Assembly (NCBI GenBank): GCA_026413865.1
Contig: JAOAKB010000004.1
Coordinates: forward strand, 1,664-65,663
Direction of reading: 5' to 3'
DNA: 64,000 bases
Source: Nitrososphaeria archaeon
GTDB lineage: Archaea > Thermoproteota > Nitrososphaeria > JACIWG01
Part shown: positions 10,652 through 20,329 of the stretch, one piece after another
How positions within the stretch are numbered: position 1 is the stretch's first letter
Layout: each line of letters opens with the position of its first letter
Position numbers and translations under genes: made by a program
The notes under the pieces: model-generated
Databases searched by the model: none
Seen by the model: the letters and a program-made list of their open reading frames with translations, nothing else
What the model was told of the DNA's origin: nothing

Positions 10652-10981
10652 ATGAGTCAAGAATATCCTGTTGAAGAATTCTGGAAATTTGATATAAGAG
10701 TAGGACATATTATAGAGGCTGAGAGAGTACAAGGTTCACAAAAACTGATAAAACTTACAGTAGACTTTGGGAAAGAGAAGAGGACAATTGTAACAGGAGT
10801 CGCTGACCAGCATGAACCTTCAGAGTTCAAAAACAAAAAAATGATTTTTGTACTAAATCTTAAACCTAAAAGGGTTTTTGGAGTAGAAAGTAAAGGTATG
10901 CTCCTTTTAGCTGAAGATGAAAATAAGCAGACTTATCTAGTTTCAGTAGAAGATGCACCTATAGGCTCACGTTTCTACTAA
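10652..10981 (+). CDS. tRNA-binding OB-fold protein (Trbp111/CsaA/MetRS C-terminal family)
   Basis: FDIRVGHIIEAERV, KLIKLTVDFG, NLKPKRVFGVESKGMLL. Confidence 0.9.
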   Translation: MSQEYPVEEFWKFDIRVGHIIEAERVQGSQKLIKLTVDFGKEKRTIVTGVADQHEPSEFKNKKMIFVLNLKPKRVFGVESKGMLLLAEDENKQTYLVSVEDAPIGSRFY

Positions 10982-10982
10982 A

Positions 10983-11975
10983 ATGTCTATTTTAGGTGAG
11001 GAGATGGTGGCTAAGCTCGTAGTAGGCATAGTTACAGCAGGAGGAGACGCTCCAGGAATGAATGCAGCAATAAGAGCTTGTGTAAGAAATCTTTTAGCTA
11101 AAGAAACCAAAGTTATAGGAGTTAAGAGAGGATACAAGGGTTTAATTGAAAAAGATTTTGAAACACTTACTTCAAGAAGCGTTAGTGGAATCATAAATTT
11201 AGGTGGAACAATATTAAAGACAGCAAGATGCGAAGAAATTCGTACAGAAGAAGGTTTAGAGAAGGCTGCAAGAAACTTAAATGAACTTTCATTAGACTAT
11301 TTAATAGTTATAGGAGGAGATGGTACATTCCGTGCTGCCAAAGAAATATCTAGAAAATCAGGTGTACATTGTATTGGTATTCCAGCATCTATAGATAATG
11401 ATATAGATGGAACCGAAGAGACAATAGGCTTCGACACTGCAGTCAACACAGCATTAGAGGCTATAGATAAGATAAGAGATACTGCAATTTCTCATGAAAG
11501 ATTTTTTATTGTAGAAGTTATGGGTAGGGGAAGCGGTTTTCTTGCAATAGCCGTCGGCCTAGCATCAGGTTCAGAATTCATTCTTATACCAGAGAAACCT
11601 CCTAATGTCGACAGCCTAATAGAAAGATATAAGGTGATGAAGTCCTTAGGGAAGACTTCAATGATCGCTGTTTTAGCTGAAGGCGCAATCGATGGCCTAA
11701 CATTAGTTAACATGCTAAAGAAAAGAATAGACGCTGAAGTCAGATTCTCGTCAATAGGCTATATACAACGTGGAGGCATACCTACTTTACGTTCAAGAAT
11801 ACTTGCAAACCTATTTAGCGCCAAAGCTGTTGAAATGATATTTGAGGGAAAAAAGGACCTTATGGTTGGAATAGTTGACAATAAAATAAGAACAAATGAA
11901 CTTACAGGAAAAAAGAGAACCATAGGCGAAGGAGAAATTTATATGCTTAACTTAGCAGAAAAGCTTGCAATATAA
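10983..11975 (+). CDS. pfkA: 6-phosphofructokinase, PfkA family (ATP-type signature)
   Basis: TAGGDAPGMNAAIR, GGTILKTAR, IGGDGT, PASIDND, GFDTAVN, VEVMGR, GYIQRGG. Confidence 0.93.
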   Translation: MSILGEEMVAKLVVGIVTAGGDAPGMNAAIRACVRNLLAKETKVIGVKRGYKGLIEKDFETLTSRSVSGIINLGGTILKTARCEEIRTEEGLEKAARNLNELSLDYLIVIGGDGTFRAAKEISRKSGVHCIGIPASIDNDIDGTEETIGFDTAVNTALEAIDKIRDTAISHERFFIVEVMGRGSGFLAIAVGLASGSEFILIPEKPPNVDSLIERYKVMKSLGKTSMIAVLAEGAIDGLTLVNMLKKRIDAEVRFSSIGYIQRGGIPTLRSRILANLFSAKAVEMIFEGKKDLMVGIVDNKIRTNELTGKKRTIGEGEIYMLNLAEKLAI

Positions 11976-12044
11976 TTAAAGAAAATTTTAAAATTTTGTT
12001 ATAAGTGTAATTAAAAATTTAATTTTTTAAAACGGAAACTTGGG

Positions 12045-13265
12045 CTATACTAGAGAAAGAATATGTTCTACTGAAGAGCCACTTTCAACAAGTGGAAAAT
12101 TTCCAAACATGCTTTTAATGTCCAAAACATCCTTTAATCCAGAACCAGTAACCACAGCAACAACTCTTTCAGAAGAATCTACTTTTCCACATTCAACCAA
12201 CTTTTTTAACCCAGCAATAGATGCAGCGGCACCAGGCTCTGAAAATACACCTTCCATTTTACCAAGCACCACCACAGCCTCAAGTATTTCTTCATCACTT
12301 ACATCAATGAATGTTCCATCAACTTCTTTTATGGCCTTTAGAACATCCCTCTTTTCTAAGGGACTCGAAACCTTTAGAGACTTGGCAACAGTTTGAGGAT
12401 TATCTATTGATGGTACATAATCTAATCCTTCTCTTACAGCTTTAACATATGGAGCTGAACCAGAAGCTTGAACACCAACAATCCTTGGAAACTTGTCAAC
12501 CTTTTTCATAATAGAAAGCTCTTTTATAGCCTTCCAAGTTCCAAGTACATGGCCACCACCGCCTGTAGGCACAATTATTACATCAGGTAAGGTATAATGC
12601 ATCTGTTCAAAGATTTCTAATAAAGTTGTTTTCCAACCCTCTAATGTGAAAGGTTTAAGGTCCCAGCTAGCTGATAAAATATTCTTTTTCCTCGAAAGTT
12701 CTATAGATAATCTTCTACATTCATCAAATATTCCTTTAACTTTTATAACTTTACCACCATAGGCTGCTATCATCACCATCTTTTCTTCAGGAGTATCTTC
12801 AGGAACCAGAACAATACATTTTATACCAGATAATGTGCATATTCTAGCTATTGCAGATGCAAAGTTTCCACTTGATGCAACATTCAACATTTTATAGCCC
12901 AAAACGTTTGCCGCAGACACGCCAATGACAGCACCTCTATCCTTAAACGAACCAGAGGCATTCCTTGTTTCATCCTTTATGTAAAGGTTTTCTAGCCCAA
13001 GAAACTTTCCAAGATTTTTTGCATGAACCAATGGTGTGTTTCCAACATTTACATCAATTATTTCCTTGGCTTCCAAAGGCATAATTGGAAGATATCTTAA
13101 TATGGGCTGAGTATAATCACTTAATGGAAAAACTTGAGGAAATTTGCTGTATTTTATCTGAAAAAGAGCGGAAGGGTAACCGCATCTTGGACAATCAACC
13201 CTAAAATCTTTAACATCCTTTTTATAGCCACAGGAAGGACATTCTAAAAAAATATCACTTCTCAA
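12045..13265 (-). CDS. thrC: Threonine synthase family PLP enzyme with N-terminal Zn ribbon
   Basis: CPSC..CPRC, GNTPL, NASGSFKDRG (PLP Lys), ASSGN, PTGGGG, VTGSGLK. Confidence 0.8.
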   Translation of the reverse strand: MRSDIFLECPSCGYKKDVKDFRVDCPRCGYPSALFQIKYSKFPQVFPLSDYTQPILRYLPIMPLEAKEIIDVNVGNTPLVHAKNLGKFLGLENLYIKDETRNASGSFKDRGAVIGVSAANVLGYKMLNVASSGNFASAIARICTLSGIKCIVLVPEDTPEEKMVMIAAYGGKVIKVKGIFDECRRLSIELSRKKNILSASWDLKPFTLEGWKTTLLEIFEQMHYTLPDVIIVPTGGGGHVLGTWKAIKELSIMKKVDKFPRIVGVQASGSAPYVKAVREGLDYVPSIDNPQTVAKSLKVSSPLEKRDVLKAIKEVDGTFIDVSDEEILEAVVVLGKMEGVFSEPGAAASIAGLKKLVECGKVDSSERVVAVVTGSGLKDVLDIKSMFGNFPLVESGSSVEHILSLV

Positions 13266-13271
13266 AATAGC

Positions 13272-14417
13272 CTACCCTTTCCTAAAGCCAAGCTTTTTCA
13301 AAGTACCCTCTAAAGCTACCACAGTACGTTTTACAAAATCCATGTTTGCAGTATAACCCATGTGGCCAACTCTGATTATCTTTTCAGAAAGCTCGTCCAT
13401 TCCACCGGCAACCAAAATAGAATAGTCTTCTCTCATAACCTGCCTTATCTGCTTTCCTATCATACCTTCAGGCACTTTAAACGCTGTAACCGTTGGAGAA
13501 GCTATTGCTTCCTCTGGAAAGAGTTCTAGACCTATTTCCTTAATAAGTTTTCTCATCTCTAAAGCCACTTCTTCATGCTTTCTAAACCTATTCTCTAGTC
13601 CCTCCTCAACAATTATTTTAAGCGCCTCATTTAATGCTAAAATTAAATGCGTTGGAGGAATTACAGGAAAACTTCTCCTTCCACGCAAAAGCAGACCACC
13701 ACGCTCTTTTTTCACCCACATCTGTTTCCATCTCAACAAGTCTAGTGTGAAACTTTTTATGACAGGCCTTTTAAGAATCTTCTCCCAAGCATTTTGGCTG
13801 ACACTTACAATGGATACACCAGCCAAACCACCCAAAGCCTTTTGAGCGCCTGTAATACAGACGTCAACATTCCATTGGTCCACTGGAACGTTTGTACCGC
13901 CCATTGAAGAGATGGTGTCAACCATAAAGAGTTTATCCAATTTTTTTGCTAAACGTCCAAGCTCTTCAACCTCCTTACTGTATATTGCCGCAGTAGAAGT
14001 TTCATTATGAACCATCGCTATGGCTTTAATATTCTTATCATCTTCCAAAACTCTTCTAACATATTCTAAATCTATAAACCCACCTTTGGGAAAGGATAAT
14101 GTAAGAACATCAGCACCATAAACCCTTAAAATTTCAATAAACCAGTTTCCAAAAGTTCCACACGTGATAGCTAAAACCTTTTCACCCCTATCTATAAAAG
14201 ACAGGGAAGCACATTCTATACCAGTACGTCCAGAACCAGGCAACATTATAATATCATTTTCTGTCTGAAAAACAGTCCTAAGAAGATCCTCTGTTTCATC
14301 ATATAATGAGATAAAATCTTGGTCATAGTGATAGATAGAAGGCCTAATCATTGCCTTAATAACTCGTGGGTCGACTTCAGTCGGACCCGGCGTCATTAAA
14401 AGCAGTTTTTCATCCAT
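13272..14417 (-). CDS. Class V aminotransferase (alanine-glyoxylate/serine-pyruvate type)
   Basis: LMTPGPT, VHNETST, VDTISSMGG, GAQKALGG, IRVGHMG. Confidence 0.9.
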   Translation of the reverse strand: MDEKLLLMTPGPTEVDPRVIKAMIRPSIYHYDQDFISLYDETEDLLRTVFQTENDIIMLPGSGRTGIECASLSFIDRGEKVLAITCGTFGNWFIEILRVYGADVLTLSFPKGGFIDLEYVRRVLEDDKNIKAIAMVHNETSTAAIYSKEVEELGRLAKKLDKLFMVDTISSMGGTNVPVDQWNVDVCITGAQKALGGLAGVSIVSVSQNAWEKILKRPVIKSFTLDLLRWKQMWVKKERGGLLLRGRRSFPVIPPTHLILALNEALKIIVEEGLENRFRKHEEVALEMRKLIKEIGLELFPEEAIASPTVTAFKVPEGMIGKQIRQVMREDYSILVAGGMDELSEKIIRVGHMGYTANMDFVKRTVVALEGTLKKLGFRKG

Positions 14418-14475
14418 ATACTTGGGGTTTAGCAGAAACTATATAACATTTATTGCAACCTTTTCATTAGAAAAA

Positions 14476-16041
14476 TTAAACCCTATACTTTCTAAGCTTT
14501 GAGAAAATATCCTTAAGCCTAGAATATGAGTCCCTATAAATTTGATAAATTTCATCATAAATTTTTTCAAGCATTCTATCAGAAACTTCTTTACCAACAG
14601 ACTTAACGATCACAGCCCTCGCCTGCCTAAAATCTTTAAAAAATCCAATAGATTTTAGAAAAAGCATAACGTTACCTAAAGCGGCACAATCAATAGGATT
14701 CTCTAAAAGTAAACCATCAAACTTAAGATTCGATACAATAATCTTCCTTAAAAGCCTATTCTCTGCACCACCACCACAAAAAGCCAAATAGTCTATTCTA
14801 ATACCCATATCCTTAACATAAACTTCATAATTTTCTCTAAGTGCAAACCCAATACCTTCTAAAACAGATCTATATATGTGCTCTATACCGTGATTTATGT
14901 CCAAACCTATAAAAGCAGCCCTAGCTGAAGGATCCATAAGAGGACATCTTTCCCCAATTATGTAAGGAAGATATATTAAGCCACCAGAACCAGGTGGAAT
15001 ACTAGCACATTTTTCATTCAAAAAATCAATCGGATTCGAAACATTCTTTATTCCCAAATTATTAGAAAAATTATCTAAAAACCAGCCTACAGAATATCCA
15101 GATAATGTCGTTGCTGAAGAATACCATTGACTTTTAAGTACATGACATCTTACTGGAACCCTGCATTTAGGGTCCAGCCTCAATTCCTCTAAAGTTAAAT
15201 CGACTTCAGGCGCTGTACCAATATATATGTCTCCAGTGGCATCAGATATTGCACCAGCACCATATAATGTTGCAGCACAATCACCGGCACCGACAGTAAT
15301 TGGAACACGCTTGATTCCAAGCTCTTCTGCAATATCCCTTCTCAAATCTCCAACGATTTCCGTCGACTCCTTAACGTTAACCATTTTATCAGATGCAATA
15401 CCAGTTTCTTCAAGAACATCGTCTATCCATTCCTTTTTCCTAATATCATAGGCCATTGTCGCAGAAGCATCACTATAATCTGTGAAAGGCTCACTTTCAT
15501 CAATAAGGTTTTCTACAACAAAATCCTTGTGAAAGATAAACTTTCTAGTCCTTTCATACACTTTATTCATGTTTCTTTTAATCCACATCATCTTTAATAA
15601 AGTTGGAACAGGAGTTAGAGGATTACCTGTCCTCTCATACAAGAAAGATTCGCCAAACCTTTCCCTAACAAACTCAGTTTCATCCAAAGCCCTCATGTCA
15701 GAGTACATTGGAACCCTATCAACAGACGATACACCCCATCTTTCAATTGGAACAAGGGTGCCGACTGTTGCATCAACACAAAGACCAGCAACATCCTTCC
15801 TCAAATCACTATTCTTACACAAGATCTTAAGACATTTTATAGAGGCAGCAAGCCAGTCGGATGGATTCTGTTCGACGACATTACCTGGGCCAAAATAGGT
15901 CTTATAGCCTACCTTTGCAGAAGAAAGAATCTTTCCCTCCGAGCTAATCATATAACCTTTACATCCACTAGTTCCAAGATCCAAAGATAATATTATCAAG
16001 CGATTAAAGTATGTAGGTAAAAGCATTATATATTTTACCAA
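14476..16041 (-). CDS. FGGY carbohydrate kinase (xylulokinase-like)
   Basis: DLGTSGCK, EQNPSDW, TDYSDAS, GAGD, YLPYIIGERCP, EGIGF, GGGA. Confidence 0.88.
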   Translation of the reverse strand: MVKYIMLLPTYFNRLIILSLDLGTSGCKGYMISSEGKILSSAKVGYKTYFGPGNVVEQNPSDWLAASIKCLKILCKNSDLRKDVAGLCVDATVGTLVPIERWGVSSVDRVPMYSDMRALDETEFVRERFGESFLYERTGNPLTPVPTLLKMMWIKRNMNKVYERTRKFIFHKDFVVENLIDESEPFTDYSDASATMAYDIRKKEWIDDVLEETGIASDKMVNVKESTEIVGDLRRDIAEELGIKRVPITVGAGDCAATLYGAGAISDATGDIYIGTAPEVDLTLEELRLDPKCRVPVRCHVLKSQWYSSATTLSGYSVGWFLDNFSNNLGIKNVSNPIDFLNEKCASIPPGSGGLIYLPYIIGERCPLMDPSARAAFIGLDINHGIEHIYRSVLEGIGFALRENYEVYVKDMGIRIDYLAFCGGGAENRLLRKIIVSNLKFDGLLLENPIDCAALGNVMLFLKSIGFFKDFRQARAVIVKSVGKEVSDRMLEKIYDEIYQIYRDSYSRLKDIFSKLRKYRV

Positions 16042-16145
16042 AATAAAAAATTGTTATACATTAACCAGACTAGTATATTTTGAGAAAAATTAAAGATAAG
16101 AAGGATAAATTTTTAAAAACTTATATAATTTGGAAACAAACTAAG

Positions 16146-17330
16146 ATGGCAATGAGAAAAACATTATATATACCAGGACCAAGTGAAGTTGAACCTGAAA
16201 CATTACTTGAACTTGCAAAACCAGTTATAGCACATTACGGCCCAGACTGGCATCAACTCTATAATGAGACATGTGAGGTTGCTAAAAAAATTTTTAGCAC
16301 AAACGAGTATGTCACACTTTTACCATTACCTGGAAGCGTATGCTTGGAAATGTCAGCCTTCAACCTAATAGAAAAAGATGGAGAAAAGTTTGTTGCAATA
16401 ACAAATGGATTCTTTGGAGACAATATCGTTGAAATGCTTTCAGCACATGGAGCAAAAGTTTTAAAAGTTGAAAGCGAGTGGGGAAAAAATGTTGACCTAA
16501 AAAAATTAGAAGAAGTTCTTGACGAAAACCCTGAAACAAAGGCAGTATATTTAGTTCATAACGAAACTTCAACCGGAGTTTTAAATGACTTGAAAAAGGT
16601 TGCAGAAGTTGTTAAAAAAAGAGACAAAATTCTTGTTGTCGACGCAATTTCATCATATGGTGGAGTAGAACTTGATTTTGATCGTCTTGGAATAGATTTT
16701 GCTGTAGGATACGCGAGCAAGTGCTTAAGTGGAATAAACGGTATATGTCCAGTTGCTATAAGCAAAAGATTTATTGAGGAAGTGGGAAAACGTAAGACTC
16801 CAGTAAAAAGCCACTACTTTAATCTAACAACATATATGAGACTTTCAGAAGAATGGGCAAGTATAGGCCACCCGCATCCAACATCAATGCCAACACCTGT
16901 AGTAAGGGCATTTTATCATGTCGCCAAAAAAGCATTAGAGGAAGGACTAGAGATAAGGTATCGAAGGCATGCTGATGTTGCAAAAGCTTACAGAAAGGCT
17001 ATTAGAGCTCTTGGACTAAACATTTTACCCAAAGAAGAAGACGCATCACCGACAGTCACAACGTTTATTGTCCCAGAAAAAGTAAATGGAAAAATTCGGT
17101 CAACACTATATAAGAACTTTGGTTACATGATAAGTGGAGGCCTAGGAAAACTTGAGAATATAACTTTAAGAATAGGGCACATGGGTTACACAGCTAATCC
17201 AGAATTTCTAATAAAACTTGTCACAGCACTTGAGACAGTATTAAAACGTTTGGAGGTAATCAACCGTAACTTAAATATTACAGACGAACTTGCTGATATA
17301 TGGGAGAGCCTACGACAATATATAATATGA
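16146..17330 (+). CDS. Class V aminotransferase (second paralog)
   Basis: YIPGPSE, VHNETSTG, VDAISSYGG, ASKCL, LRIGHMG. Start moved from the ORF-track TTG 16080 to ATG 16146. Confidence 0.88.
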   Translation: MAMRKTLYIPGPSEVEPETLLELAKPVIAHYGPDWHQLYNETCEVAKKIFSTNEYVTLLPLPGSVCLEMSAFNLIEKDGEKFVAITNGFFGDNIVEMLSAHGAKVLKVESEWGKNVDLKKLEEVLDENPETKAVYLVHNETSTGVLNDLKKVAEVVKKRDKILVVDAISSYGGVELDFDRLGIDFAVGYASKCLSGINGICPVAISKRFIEEVGKRKTPVKSHYFNLTTYMRLSEEWASIGHPHPTSMPTPVVRAFYHVAKKALEEGLEIRYRRHADVAKAYRKAIRALGLNILPKEEDASPTVTTFIVPEKVNGKIRSTLYKNFGYMISGGLGKLENITLRIGHMGYTANPEFLIKLVTALETVLKRLEVINRNLNITDELADIWESLRQYII

Positions 17331-17406
17331 TTACAGGCAAACAGCTAATAAAAGGATAATGTTTTTATTTATATTTTTAGAAGGTAGGATTCGTTTGATG
17401 ATGTGA

Positions 17407-17652
17407 ATGTCCACCCAACCTAAAAAACCATTAAATGTGCTCCAAAAGATGCTTGACAAGGAAGTTTTCGTGAGACTAAAGAGCAACGTAGAATATCATG
17501 GCAGAATGATAAACGTAGACATTTACATGAACATGATACTAGATGATACAAAAGAATTTTACAATGGACAGCAGACTGCAAGCTATGGCACTGTCATAAT
17601 AAGAGGAAACAACGTCCTTTTTGTAGGATTAAAGAATAGTACAAATGTTTAG
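17407..17652 (+). CDS. Sm-like archaeal protein (SmAP/Lsm)
   Basis: Sm1 motif VRLK..G...VD.YMNMIL and Sm2 motif IIRGNNV. Confidence 0.93.
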   Translation: MSTQPKKPLNVLQKMLDKEVFVRLKSNVEYHGRMINVDIYMNMILDDTKEFYNGQQTASYGTVIIRGNNVLFVGLKNSTNV

Positions 17653-17666
17653 AGAGGAGATAGAAG

Positions 17667-18872
17667 ATGGCAGTAAAACAATTTATTCACACAGAAGTAC
17701 TTTCAGGTAAACCTGTAGCAAAACAGGAAGTTGAAATTGTAGAAAGAAAAGGTTTAGGACATCCGGATACACTTATAGATGGAATATGCGAATCAGTTTC
17801 ACTTGCACTCTGTGACTACTATGAGAAACAGTTTGGGAGAATATTACATCATAATGTTGACAAAGGACTTCTAGTCGGAGGAGAATCTCGGCCAAAATTT
17901 GGTGGAGGAAAGGTTGTTAAACCAATACAGATTATAGTTGCTGGAAGAGCAGTCTCAAGATATATAAAGGATGGAACAAGGTATGAGATACCAGTAGAAG
18001 TTATTGCGAAAAAGGCAGCCAAAGACTATATTCGAAAGACAATAAGAAACTTAAATGTTGAAGAACACGTAAGATTAAGTTTTAAAATTAGAAACCCTTC
18101 AAGTGACCTAAGCTATCTTTCGGAAAAAGGAATAGCAAACGATACATCCATAGGAGTAGGATTTGCACCATTTACTGAGACAGAAAAGATTGCCTTAGGC
18201 ATAGAAAATTTTCTAAACGACGCAGGAACAAAGAAAAAATATCCGGAAATCGGTGAAGACATAAAGGTTATGGCTATGAGAAGAAGAGATGAGCTTGATG
18301 TTACAGTCGCGATGGCCATGGTGGACAAGTACATTCCAGACAAAGACCATTATATTAGCGTAATACAAGAAGTAAGGGAAAAATTATTAAACAATTTTAC
18401 TACAAGCAATCTAAGCCTTTCGATCAAAATAAACAGTGCAGATGACTATGAAAACAATAGCTTCTATCTAACAGTAACAGGAACGTCAGCTGAATCAGGT
18501 GATGATGGGAACACAGGAAGAGGAAATCGTGTAACAGGATTAATTACGCCTATGAGAATGTATTCTATGGAGGCTACTGCTGGAAAGAACCCGACTATAC
18601 ACACGGGCAAAATATACAATGCACTAGCACAGATTATTGCACAAAAGATTTCTGAAGAAATCAAGGGTGTTGAAGAAGTGTATGTGAGGATTCTAAGTAG
18701 GATTGGGAATCCGCTCACTGAACCAACGATCGCAAGTGTTGCATTACGTCTACAAGAAAATGTGTTATATAATAGTGTAAAAAGTGATATAGAAAATATA
18801 GTTTCAGAAGAACTTTCTAATGTACGAAATATAACATCAATAATTCGAGAGAGAAGGGTACCACTATTCTAA
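17667..18872 (+). CDS. mat: Archaeal S-adenosylmethionine synthetase
   Basis: EIVERKGLGHPD, HHNVDK, ANDTS, GEDIKVM, GTSAESGDDG, GKNP..H.GKIYN. Confidence 0.96.
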   Translation: MAVKQFIHTEVLSGKPVAKQEVEIVERKGLGHPDTLIDGICESVSLALCDYYEKQFGRILHHNVDKGLLVGGESRPKFGGGKVVKPIQIIVAGRAVSRYIKDGTRYEIPVEVIAKKAAKDYIRKTIRNLNVEEHVRLSFKIRNPSSDLSYLSEKGIANDTSIGVGFAPFTETEKIALGIENFLNDAGTKKKYPEIGEDIKVMAMRRRDELDVTVAMAMVDKYIPDKDHYISVIQEVREKLLNNFTTSNLSLSIKINSADDYENNSFYLTVTGTSAESGDDGNTGRGNRVTGLITPMRMYSMEATAGKNPTIHTGKIYNALAQIIAQKISEEIKGVEEVYVRILSRIGNPLTEPTIASVALRLQENVLYNSVKSDIENIVSEELSNVRNITSIIRERRVPLF

Positions 18873-19756
18873 AACCTACTATAAGGCACCGTAACAAACT
18901 TGTACGCTTTGTCAAAAGGATAGTCTACACCGAACTTTTTTCTAAAAAACTTAAGAATATTGTTAATGTCTCTTGAAAGAAGAAATTGGCTGTTTGGAGA
19001 ATTTGCATCAACAGCCTGAGGCCAATCAATAACATAATATTTTTTCCCGTCATATAATATATTAAATTCACTTAAATCACCATTTATTATTGAAGCCTTA
19101 ACATAAGCCTTCTTTAAAGTAAAAAAAATCTCCTTTAACCCATTCAAAGGTGATTCAAGAAAATTAACTTTATTCAACATTGTTCCCTCAATTTTCTCCA
19201 TCAAAACAGCATGCCTCTCCCTTGCAAAAAATTTTGGAACCATACCACAAACAGAATAAACTTTAGAAAGAGCCCAAGCCTCCCTTTTAGCCGCATTAAT
19301 GCATGCCTTAAGCCAAACAGAACTTTCTTCAGCCAACATTATCCTCCTTTTCCTTCGAACATTTCTAAAACTAGTTCGACCTATCCTATAAAATTTCAAA
19401 ACATACATGTGGCCCCTATCATCCAACACATCAAAGACATCAGCCTCCTTTCCTACTCCAACATTGCCACCAAAAGAAGAAATAAAGCCCCTTTGAACAA
19501 GCGCATTCAATGCTATTGCATCAAGGCCACTAGAAACAAGATAATAGCCAGATTCGCCTTTAGCAACCAAACCCATTTCTCTAAGCCGTCCAAGGCGATA
19601 TGCGACTTCATCCTCATGCAAACCAGTTACCTTTTCAATATAATCTGCTTTAACCTGCTCAAAACTGTTTAAAGCCTTCTCTAGAGCATAAAGCACCCTA
19701 TAGTCTCTAGCTTCAAGTAAACGGACAAGGTTTGCTGCCACTTCAGCCGTAGACAT
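18869..19756 (-). CDS. rio2: Rio2 serine/threonine kinase
   Basis: N-terminal wHTH, GVGKEADVF, KFYRIGRTSFR, GDLSEFNI, IDWPQ. Confidence 0.93.
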   Translation of the reverse strand: MSTAEVAANLVRLLEARDYRVLYALEKALNSFEQVKADYIEKVTGLHEDEVAYRLGRLREMGLVAKGESGYYLVSSGLDAIALNALVQRGFISSFGGNVGVGKEADVFDVLDDRGHMYVLKFYRIGRTSFRNVRRKRRIMLAEESSVWLKACINAAKREAWALSKVYSVCGMVPKFFARERHAVLMEKIEGTMLNKVNFLESPLNGLKEIFFTLKKAYVKASIINGDLSEFNILYDGKKYYVIDWPQAVDANSPNSQFLLSRDINNILKFFRKKFGVDYPFDKAYKFVTVPYSRF

Positions 19757-19831
19757 AAATAAAATTTAGAAAGAAATATGTAAAAAATATTTCGGTTAAG
19801 TTTAAATCCATTAAAAACAAAATATTAAAAG

Positions 19832-20329
19832 ATGAAAGCTAAAAGTGTCGCACTTCTTAGCATAATGATACCGCTGGTCACTGTAATGACTATAATAGTT
19901 AGAGTGCCGATTCCTGCAACACAAGGATACTTTAACTTTGGAGATGCAATGGTAATCCTTTCCGGAATAATATTTGGACCATACATTGGATTCTTGGCCG
20001 GAGGAATAGGTTCCTCGTTAGCTGACATAATTTCAGGATATCCACAGTATGCACTTGTAACATTATTAGCCAAAGGTGGAGAAGGAGCAATTGTTGGCAC
20101 ATTATTTAAAAGACTTTATCAGCACTCTAAAACTTTAGGATACCTTTCTGGACTAGTTGGCGGAACATTCATGATACTAACATATTTTGTCTTCCAACTA
20201 TACTTTTTCGGCATTGGAGCTGCTTTGATAGAATTACCATGGAACATTCTACAGTGTACTATAGGAACAGCTGTAGCTTATATGATTCACCTAATTTTAA
20301 AGCCTACACTTTCAAAGATACTCCGATAG
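19832..20329 (+). CDS. ECF transporter S component
   Basis: PIPATQGYFNFGD, GGIGSSLADI, KGGEG; small multi-TM protein. Confidence 0.88.
   Translation: MKAKSVALLSIMIPLVTVMTIIVRVPIPATQGYFNFGDAMVILSGIIFGPYIGFLAGGIGSSLADIISGYPQYALVTLLAKGGEGAIVGTLFKRLYQHSKTLGYLSGLVGGTFMILTYFVFQLYFFGIGAALIELPWNILQCTIGTAVAYMIHLILKPTLSKILR

Noticed and set aside
17407..18872. Sm protein next to SAM synthetase
   Set aside because: To my knowledge this adjacency is already reported in TACK archaea; housekeeping context.
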